A DNA stretch of 64,000 nt from Candidatus Alloscybalousia sp. GTDB lineage: Bacteria > Bacillota_I > Bacilli_A > RF39 > UBA660. The position numbers and the translations under genes were made by a program. The stretch's first letter is position 1. Each line of letters begins with the position of its first letter. The stretch covers positions 25,277-89,276 of the forward strand of contig JAZOBJ010000035.1 of assembly GCA_045595895.1 (NCBI GenBank), read 5' to 3'. Under the pieces are notes generated by a model. That model was not told the origin of the DNA and did not search any database. It worked only from the letters and a program-made list of their open reading frames with translations. This document shows, piece after piece, positions 57,641 through 64,000 of this stretch.

Positions 57641-57668
57641 AGCGAACCCTATCGGTTCGTTTTTTTTT
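57641..57668 (+). terminator. Rho-independent terminator after the tRNA
   Basis: CGAACC-CTATC-GGTTCG followed by T9. Confidence 0.6.
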
Positions 57669-57855
57669 GTTAATTTATTATAGTTTTATGAGATTAATGT
57701 TTATTGTTTACATTTTGTTATAAAATAAGTTTCATGTTATAATGTATTTGTCAAGGAAACTTGCATAAAATAAAAAAGGGAAATACTTAACTTTTCCGAG
57801 TTGAGTACTTGCCCTGTTTAATGGTTAAAGTACTTAATCTTTTTTAGATTGAGTA

Positions 57856-57945
57856 CTATTTTTTTATGCATAGAATCATTAAAGAGACTATTAATAAAAT
57901 GATAATTAGTATTAGAAATGAGATTAACAAATCTTTTTTCTTCAT
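57856..57945 (-). CDS. 29-aa hydrophobic peptide MKKKDLLISFLILIIILLIVSLMILCIKK (type I toxin-like or small membrane protein)
   Basis: Strong SD GGAAGGAGG 8 nt upstream of the ATG. Single TM helix flanked by Lys. The transcript would be bounded by 14-bp perfect inverted repeats (57800-57813, 57978-57991) and a 3' hairpin plus U-run (57776-57800). Not in the ORF track because it is shorter than 60 aa. Confidence 0.35.
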   Translation of the reverse strand: MKKKDLLISFLILIIILLIVSLMILCIKK

Positions 57946-58075
57946 AAATATCAAGCCTCCTTCCTATATTAGAAGTTGGCAAGTACTCAACAGTTAGTAT
58001 TCTCAAAACAAATTATACAATAAGTAAACTTTATATTCAATCGAAAAAGTATATTTTTTATAAAAAAAGAAGGTT

Positions 58076-59032
58076 CTACCCTTCTAAAATATTACAACAA
58101 TTCTTAGTTATTACTTCTTTCCCTTCTACTTGGAAAATTACACTTTTTATATCATATGTTGCGAATACTGATTCAGATATTGTGTATGTGACTTCTTCTA
58201 GTAATTTATCATTAGTAAAAATGTTATTATTAAAATTCAAAGTCATGATCTCATCTTCTATCTGATAACTTATTAATTCAGTATCTTGATTAAGTAGCGA
58301 TATTAAATTTGATTCATAGATATAATGACTAGCTAAATTATCTATAATTATACTAATTTTTTCTCTATCATCATTTAAATATTTAGTTACTGGCACATAA
58401 TATGAATTATCATTAATTTCATCTAAATAATATAAAGTAACTTTTTTAATTCCATTTAAATTATCTATATCAAATACTTTATTTATTCCAAAATTTCTAT
58501 TTAACACTTGTGGTAATTGTTTCTTAGTTTTAGGAAGTTCTGTAAGCGAAGTTCCATCCACCTTAATAATTACTCCTTCTATTCCATCAATATTTATTAA
58601 ACTGTAGGTTATTGCTTCAACTATTCTTTCTTCTAAAATAATATCTGTTTCTAATAATTCTTTACTAAAGTCTAGTGTGATTATTTTATCATTTATTTCG
58701 ATATTATTTAATTTAGTATTAGCTGGAATGATACCTGATAAACCATTGGGAATCTTACTACTTTTTTGGACTGTTAGATAATCAATAATACCTCTAATTT
58801 TAGTATTTAAATTTTCTTCATTTAATAAAACATTAGTTTTTACTAAATAATTATTAGGACCTAATAAGTATATTTCATTAGTACCAACATTTGTTACATA
58901 TTCTATATCAATATCCGGGTCTAAATAATTACTATTACTATTTAATTTTTCTGGAATAATACAAATTACTAAAACTGTTAGAAAAGAAAATGTAGTTATG
59001 ATTATCTTTCTAAGCGCTTTTCTTTTTAACAT
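58076..59032 (-). CDS. gerM: GerM-like lipoprotein with two GerMN domains
   Basis: N-terminal signal or lipobox-like ITTFSFLTVLVICII. Repeated GerMN-type blocks (KITLDFSKELL..., VTLYYLDEINDNSYYVPVTKY). 318 aa. Confidence 0.55.
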   Translation of the reverse strand: MLKRKALRKIIITTFSFLTVLVICIIPEKLNSNSNYLDPDIDIEYVTNVGTNEIYLLGPNNYLVKTNVLLNEENLNTKIRGIIDYLTVQKSSKIPNGLSGIIPANTKLNNIEINDKIITLDFSKELLETDIILEERIVEAITYSLINIDGIEGVIIKVDGTSLTELPKTKKQLPQVLNRNFGINKVFDIDNLNGIKKVTLYYLDEINDNSYYVPVTKYLNDDREKISIIIDNLASHYIYESNLISLLNQDTELISYQIEDEIMTLNFNNNIFTNDKLLEEVTYTISESVFATYDIKSVIFQVEGKEVITKNCCNILEG

Positions 59033-59111
59033 ATAATCACCTTACCTAATTCAATATATGAACTTCAATTACTCTTTAGAAGTAGAAAAAAAGAATAAAT
59101 TTAATTTATTC

Positions 59112-59327
59112 TTATAATTCAATTTCTTTTAATTTTAATAACTCTACAACAGCAGCAGCTCTACCGTTTACATCTAATTTTTGGATGACATTAGAAATAT
59201 GATTTCTAACAGTTTTTTCACTGATTCCTAATTCATCTGCTATATCTTTAGTCGTTTTATTTAATATAAGTAAAGAGAAAACTTCATATTCTCTTTTGGT
59301 TAATATTTTAGCACTCACTTTTTTCAC
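59112..59327 (-). CDS. gerE: Spore-coat transcription regulator GerE (LuxR-type HTH)
   Basis: 71 aa: LTKREYEVFSLLILNKTTKDIADELGISEKTVRNHISNVIQKLDVNGRAAAVVELLKLKEIEL, near-identical in pattern to Bacillus GerE. Confidence 0.85.
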   Translation of the reverse strand: MKKVSAKILTKREYEVFSLLILNKTTKDIADELGISEKTVRNHISNVIQKLDVNGRAAAVVELLKLKEIEL

Positions 59328-59399
59328 TCCTAATCTTTTTTACATATAATTACCTATAGTATTTTATGTAAAACAAGTATTAAGAGATAGTCATTTTAC

Positions 59400-59924
59400 C
59401 TATTTTTCAAATTTTACTGTTATGTACATCTTATTACTAAATTCATTTTGGATAGTTTTCATTATACTATTTGCCAGTTTCATATCATGTTTATCTTTTA
59501 TAGCTACTACTTTTACCTCATTAGTGTCAATTTTGATAAAACACTCGATACCATAATCTTTTTTTATTTTTTCTTCTAATTGAGATTCCTGTGACTTGAG
59601 ATTGGTAATATATTTTATTTGTTCATAGGCATCATTTTTTTCTTGGCTAGTTGCTTCCTCATTAGTTAATGTAGTTCTAAGTTCTGCCATAACAGTGTTT
59701 CTTTCTTCTTCTAGGTTTACTCTCATTGTAACTAGAAGTTCACTTTCTTCTATCATTACATTGGTATCACTGTTACTATCTCCATCACCGCTAGTTGGTT
59801 CTGTGTTCAAATAATTACTGTTATTAGTTAATAGTAATTCGTTAGGCATTGTAATATAATATACGCTAAGTACAAGTATTAAACTGAATAATGTTAAAAA
59901 CCACAAACTTTGTTTATTTATCAT
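59400..59924 (-). CDS. spoIIIAH: SpoIIIAH-like sporulation membrane protein
   Basis: Start at MINKQSLWFLTLFSLILVLSVYYITMP (RBS AAGGAG), resembling the SpoIIIAH N-terminus as I recall it (..VWLLTMLSLVVVLSVYYIM..). Acidic coiled region, then conserved C-terminal domain (VKVVAIKDKHDMKLANSIMKTIQNEF). Confidence 0.45.
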   Translation of the reverse strand: MINKQSLWFLTLFSLILVLSVYYITMPNELLLTNNSNYLNTEPTSGDGDSNSDTNVMIEESELLVTMRVNLEEERNTVMAELRTTLTNEEATSQEKNDAYEQIKYITNLKSQESQLEEKIKKDYGIECFIKIDTNEVKVVAIKDKHDMKLANSIMKTIQNEFSNKMYITVKFEK

Positions 59925-60001
59925 ATAATTTCTCCTTTTAGTATAGGATATGACATAAAAAAAAGAATATTCTAACAAAAGAATATTCCTAGTTTATTCA
60001 A

Positions 60002-60559
60002 TTAAGCACGAGATGAATATTTTCCATCTTTAGTAGTTACTAATACTGTTTCGCCTTCTTCAATAAATAATGGTACTTTAATAGTCATTCCATTTTCTAA
60101 AGTAGCATCTTTCATAGCGCCACTAGATGTGTTACCTTTAACAGCTGGTTCAGAATGAGTAATTACATATTCAATCTTATCTGGTAAAGCCATACCTAAT
60201 ACTTCACCTTCATAGAAAGTAATATTAACCATTAAGTTTTCTTTTAAGTATTTAGCATCATCACCTAAAGTATCACTACTTAATTCAATTTGATCATAAG
60301 TTTCCATATTCATGAAATAATAAGTTCCACTCATTTCATATAAGTATTGCATATCTCTTTTTTCAATACGAGCAGCTTCTACTTTAGTACCAGCATTAAA
60401 TCTTTCTTCAATGATTGATCCTGTTCTTAAATTTTTTAATTTAGCTGTTACGAACGCAGCACCTTTACCAGGTTTAACGTGTCCAGTTTCTAATACTGTG
60501 AAAATATTTCCATCCATTTGGATAGTCATACCTACTTTTAAATCGTTAGTGTTAATCAT
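60002..60559 (-). CDS. efp: Elongation factor P
   Basis: KPGKGAAFVTAKLKNLRTGS loop with the modifiable Lys; 185 aa. Confidence 0.9.
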   Translation of the reverse strand: MINTNDLKVGMTIQMDGNIFTVLETGHVKPGKGAAFVTAKLKNLRTGSIIEERFNAGTKVEAARIEKRDMQYLYEMSGTYYFMNMETYDQIELSSDTLGDDAKYLKENLMVNITFYEGEVLGMALPDKIEYVITHSEPAVKGNTSSGAMKDATLENGMTIKVPLFIEEGETVLVTTKDGKYSSRA

Positions 60560-60614
60560 TTTAAAACCTCCTTAGAAATTAAAAGAGAATTAAATTCTCC
60601 TTAATTACTTTATA

Positions 60615-60779
60615 CTATTTCTTTTCTTTATGGTTTGTATGTTTTCTACAATTAGAACAGTATTTGCTAAGTTCTAAACGGTCTGTAGTGTTTTTTACAT
60701 TTTTACTTTTTCTATAACCTTCTTTACCACAAACAGTACAAACTAAAGTTTTATTTTGTCTATTACCTACTTTTGCCAC
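60615..60779 (-). CDS. rpmG: 50S ribosomal protein L33 (GTG start)
   Basis: AKVGNRQNKTLVCTVCG...DRLELSKYCSNCRKHTNHKE. AAGGAGGG sits 7 nt before a GTG; the track's longer ATG-initiated form lacks an RBS. Confidence 0.8.
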   Translation of the reverse strand: MAKVGNRQNKTLVCTVCGKEGYRKSKNVKNTTDRLELSKYCSNCRKHTNHKEKK

Positions 60780-60860
60780 AATAATCCCTCCTTGTTTCCT
60801 ATATGTATTATACATTAGTATTTTGAAAAATGCAAAACTTTTTTATTTTTTTATAAATTG

Positions 60861-61751
60861 CTATTTTATGTACTTTTTTGCCATCAATTCAGTATCAATT
60901 ATTTCTTCTATTTCTTGTCTTAGATTTTTTATAAATTTTGTCATTAAGAATTTATCTACTTCCTTAAAATTTTCATCATCAAAAAGGTTTTCAATTTCTT
61001 TTTTAAATTCTAGTCTAGTTATTCTCGGATTATCACAGCAATTATATTCGTTTATTATACTTATAATACTATTAATTATTGCTGATGGGAATGTTGCTTC
61101 AAAGCATGACAAACTTTTTCTTACAAATCTTTTTGATAATTTTTTATTTTTATTCATGTCATAAACCACTGAAGCTGCATATTCAAAACTATTTGTATAT
61201 GTATCTAAAGCAGTAACTAAGTTAATTATATTTTCAGAACAGTAGTTATAAAAGCCAATAGGATCATTTTTTAATGGAAATTCATATATTTCATCACCAT
61301 AAATAGATACTAATAAGTTAACTATATATGCTTCAAAGCTACGCGTGTTTGGAATTTTTCCTGCCCTACGTGCTAAACTTTCTGCAAAGCCTTCATTTAT
61401 ACCTTTTCCATAATAGTCTTTTTTAAATTTGAAAATAATACCATTTTTTTTAATATATTTACTTGATATTTTCTTATTGATTTCATTTTTATTATTAAAT
61501 GCCATATGTGCTATTTCATGTAGTAATACATTCTCATCCGATAAATTAATTATGTTTTTATAAGAATTATATCCACCATCGAGGTATCCTAATTCATCAT
61601 CAATATAAATTTCTAATGTTACCTTATTTATATAATAATTAAATTGTGCTTGATAGGAAAATTGTAATAATAGTTCTTCAAATGCTAATAATTGTTTTTT
61701 ATAATCGTCTAATTTTTTTATTTTTTTATTTTCAACCATGTTCAACCTCAA
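60861..61751 (-). CDS. Hypothetical HExxH-motif protein (putative metallopeptidase)
   Basis: VLLHEIAHMAFNN; 296 aa. The true start is possibly MVENKK. Confidence 0.4.
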   Translation of the reverse strand: MRLNMVENKKIKKLDDYKKQLLAFEELLLQFSYQAQFNYYINKVTLEIYIDDELGYLDGGYNSYKNIINLSDENVLLHEIAHMAFNNKNEINKKISSKYIKKNGIIFKFKKDYYGKGINEGFAESLARRAGKIPNTRSFEAYIVNLLVSIYGDEIYEFPLKNDPIGFYNYCSENIINLVTALDTYTNSFEYAASVVYDMNKNKKLSKRFVRKSLSCFEATFPSAIINSIISIINEYNCCDNPRITRLEFKKEIENLFDDENFKEVDKFLMTKFIKNLRQEIEEIIDTELMAKKYIK

Positions 61752-61786
61752 AATTGTGCTTATTATAACACATTAGTAATATTTTT

Positions 61787-63814
61787 TCAATTATTTATAG
61801 GATATAATTCAAAGTATTTATTAGATATTTTTCTTGCTATTAATCTATTCATATAGGTAATATGATCATTATTTGATGTCATATATCTAACATCTGGTGA
61901 TGTCACCGTTATACTCATTTTAGGATTATTGCTAGGCGCATAACCAACAAAAGCGTTGCTAAGTGTTTCAGTGTCTATTTTACCATCCCCATCTGTATCA
62001 ATGAAACTTTCGCTAGTTCCAGTTTTCCCAGCAGGATTAGGGCTTTTTCCCATAACGTTTTTACCATATCCATAATCCATTACCGCAATAAAACCTTCTT
62101 GCACTCTTCTTAAATATTCTTCTTTAGTAGTTACCTTATTTAAAACAATTGGATTATTTATTTTTACAAGTGTTCCTATTTCATTAGTATCACTTGGGTT
62201 TCTAATTTCTTTTAATAAAAGTGGTTTTAACCTATTACCATTAGATGCGATTGTCGTGACATACTGAGAAAGTTGGATTGGTGTATAACTATCATATTGC
62301 CCTATTGATAAATTTAATAATAGGTCTGGTGATACTGTTTTACCACTATAACCTAAGCTTTCTATTGGTAGGTCTATTTCCGTTTTAACACCTAAACCAA
62401 ATTCTTTAAATGTTTTTCTATAAATATCAAATGCTTCTTCAGTTACTGATACTTTTTTGTTGTATGAATAATCTATTCCTGCTACTCTCATAGCTATTTT
62501 AAACTGATATACGTTACTTGAATTAGCTAGTGCTACTATGTCATTTACTTTACCATACTGAGTGGCAGAACACTTTTTGGGAATATTATATAATTTTATA
62601 CATTCATCAGTCATGGTTTCACCTATTTTAACGGTTCCTGTATTATAACCTACTAACATAGATGCTCCTTTTACTACTGAACCTGGAGTCATTGGATCAG
62701 TTAATGCATATGAAGTAATATCATAAGTTTTATATTTACCATTTTGTTTTAAAATTTGTCTTCCAGAAATAGCTAGTATTCCACCAGTATTTGGTTCCTG
62801 TATAATAGCATAAGTTTTATTTAAATATTTAGTATTCACCTCACTTTTAGCTTTAATTAACTCTTTATCAATAATATTATCCACTTCTATCTGTAAATTA
62901 ATATCAATATTTAAAACTATATCTTTTCCACGTTTAGCTTCATTTATTAATACTACATTGTCATTATTAATTTTTTTGTATTCTGCTTTTTCACCTTTTA
63001 ATATATCCTCATACTGTTTTTCTATATTACTTATTCCAACTGTATCAGTTAAAGCATAACCTTTAGCTAAATAGTCATTTTTTAGTTCTTTAGGTATACT
63101 TCCTACACTACCTAGTATACTTCTTAATGTATCACCATATAAATAATTTCTTTCCCAAGTAACTTTAGTATCAAAACCATTTAATTTAAAATTATTTTCT
63201 GAAAAGTATGCATATTCTTCGTGAGTTACATCACTATTTTTAATTATTTTTTCAGAGTAAGAATATCCTGTATTCATTAAATAATAAAGATAAGCAGTTT
63301 TTCTATCTTTTTCATTAAAAATACTTAAATCTTCTTCTGTAATTCTAGATATTTTTAAATTTTCAATATCATTATTAGATAGAATACGTTGTTTTAGTTT
63401 TTCCCATTCTTCATCAGTAATTTTATCATTGCATTTATCTGGATATAGTACTAAATAGAATTCTTTTAGGTTTCTTATATTTAATTTTTCATATGGAATA
63501 TTAATTTTATCTATTATAGAATAAGCAAGTTCTATTTCTTCTTTAACAGTTATATTATCGTCTTTTTTATAATAGATAACTGGTACTGCAATATTATCTA
63601 CTAATAGATTATAATTTCTATCATATATTCTACCACGTGGTGCGCTATCACCATACACAATTACATTAGTTAATTGTTTTAATCTTTCTGTATAAAAAGT
63701 GCTTTTTAATAGAAGAATTTTTACTAAAAATACTATTATTATTAAGAAGATGCTGAACATAATTATTTGAACTAGATTTATTCTTTTATTCATTAATTTT
63801 AATTTCTTTTTCAT
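61787..63814 (-). CDS. Class B penicillin-binding protein (PBP2/PBP2A/PBPH-like elongation transpeptidase), no PASTA
   Basis: N-terminal TM; SxxK (GSVVKG), SxN (NSSN), KTG (GKTGTSE). Confidence 0.85.
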   Translation of the reverse strand: MKKKLKLMNKRINLVQIIMFSIFLIIIVFLVKILLLKSTFYTERLKQLTNVIVYGDSAPRGRIYDRNYNLLVDNIAVPVIYYKKDDNITVKEEIELAYSIIDKINIPYEKLNIRNLKEFYLVLYPDKCNDKITDEEWEKLKQRILSNNDIENLKISRITEEDLSIFNEKDRKTAYLYYLMNTGYSYSEKIIKNSDVTHEEYAYFSENNFKLNGFDTKVTWERNYLYGDTLRSILGSVGSIPKELKNDYLAKGYALTDTVGISNIEKQYEDILKGEKAEYKKINNDNVVLINEAKRGKDIVLNIDINLQIEVDNIIDKELIKAKSEVNTKYLNKTYAIIQEPNTGGILAISGRQILKQNGKYKTYDITSYALTDPMTPGSVVKGASMLVGYNTGTVKIGETMTDECIKLYNIPKKCSATQYGKVNDIVALANSSNVYQFKIAMRVAGIDYSYNKKVSVTEEAFDIYRKTFKEFGLGVKTEIDLPIESLGYSGKTVSPDLLLNLSIGQYDSYTPIQLSQYVTTIASNGNRLKPLLLKEIRNPSDTNEIGTLVKINNPIVLNKVTTKEEYLRRVQEGFIAVMDYGYGKNVMGKSPNPAGKTGTSESFIDTDGDGKIDTETLSNAFVGYAPSNNPKMSITVTSPDVRYMTSNNDHITYMNRLIARKISNKYFELYPINN

Positions 63815-63888
63815 ATCAATCTTCCTTTTCTTTTTTAGTTTGTGTTAAAACTTTAAAAACTTACATATATTTTGTTAGGAGGAATGAA

Positions 63889-64000
63889 ATGTATAAGCAA
63901 ATAATAAAGAGTTATGTCGAAAAAATAAAAAAAGAAGATATTATTAAATATATAGATAGCAATAATTATGTGATTAGTGATAAAGAAATTGATACTATTT
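63889..64000 (+). CDS. Hypothetical protein, 5' fragment (continues past the window end)
   Basis: AGGAGG RBS 8 nt before ATG; MYKQIIKSYVEKIKKEDIIKYIDSNNYVISDKEIDTI... Confidence 0.35.
   Translation, partial: MYKQIIKSYVEKIKKEDIIKYIDSNNYVISDKEIDTI

Noticed and set aside
57818-58006. 62-aa ORF from the six-frame track across the inverted-repeat cassette
   Set aside because: No RBS, spans the inverted repeat itself, and is in a different frame from the 29-codon ORF that has a canonical SD. Judged spurious.

Overview
This 64 kb window is a chromosomal segment from a very AT-rich (about 27-28% GC by eye), spore-forming low-GC Firmicutes/Bacillota genome, read with the standard code (translation table 11). 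Nearly every gene is on the minus strand and tightly packed. The only plus-strand genes are a HExxH protein, a small XRE regulator, sspI, a tRNA-Arg and a partial ORF at the right edge.

The housekeeping backbone is as follows.
- Left part: addB/rexB (partial, runs off the left edge), a pair of M16 peptidases, deoD, ftsK, rsmE, and a reduced dcw-like block (class B PBP with PASTA, then mraY, then ftsW/spoVE).
- Translation block: frr, tsf, rpsB, rplT, rpmI, infC, with a consensus promoter and an L20-type leader attenuator upstream of infC.
- Middle: ppdK, topA, sodA, rnhB, rbgA, lepB.
- Right part: rplS with a consensus promoter, trmD, rimM, a SpoU-family methyltransferase, a DUF45 hydrolase, efp, rpmG, and a second class B PBP.

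Sporulation genes are present: sspI, gerE, a GerM-like gene, and an isolated SpoIIIAH-like gene.

An accessory region sits at about 23-38.8 kb.
- Two hypothetical membrane proteins, an Smr-domain protein, and a GT39 (PMT-like) glycosyltransferase.
- A GNAT-like protein, then an EAL phosphodiesterase and a sensor-GGDEF cyclase.
- A 7-gene overlapping operon (33004-38794) encoding nucleotide-processing enzymes: three kinase domains, an NT5C-type nucleotidase, a MazG-like pyrophosphatase, an EndoIII-like Fe-S HhH-GPD glycosylase, an Asp/Glu-racemase-fold protein, and a radical-SAM-like protein with CX5CX2C plus a TRAM-like tail. I do not recognise this operon as a described system, and it is the top candidate for something new.

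Other notable observations.
- S2 and L20 carry the same roughly 70-aa Rho_N/HeH-like C-terminal extension, encoded by a near-identical DNA repeat.
- A 29-codon hydrophobic ORF with a strong RBS is flanked by perfect 14-bp inverted repeats and resembles a type I toxin cassette.
- A TasA-like protein carries a SipW-type signal peptide, but no sipW is nearby.

No CRISPR array, transposase or integrase was seen. Coordinates for starts, promoters and terminators that I derived by hand may be off by 1-2 nt; CDS ends follow the supplied ORF track.
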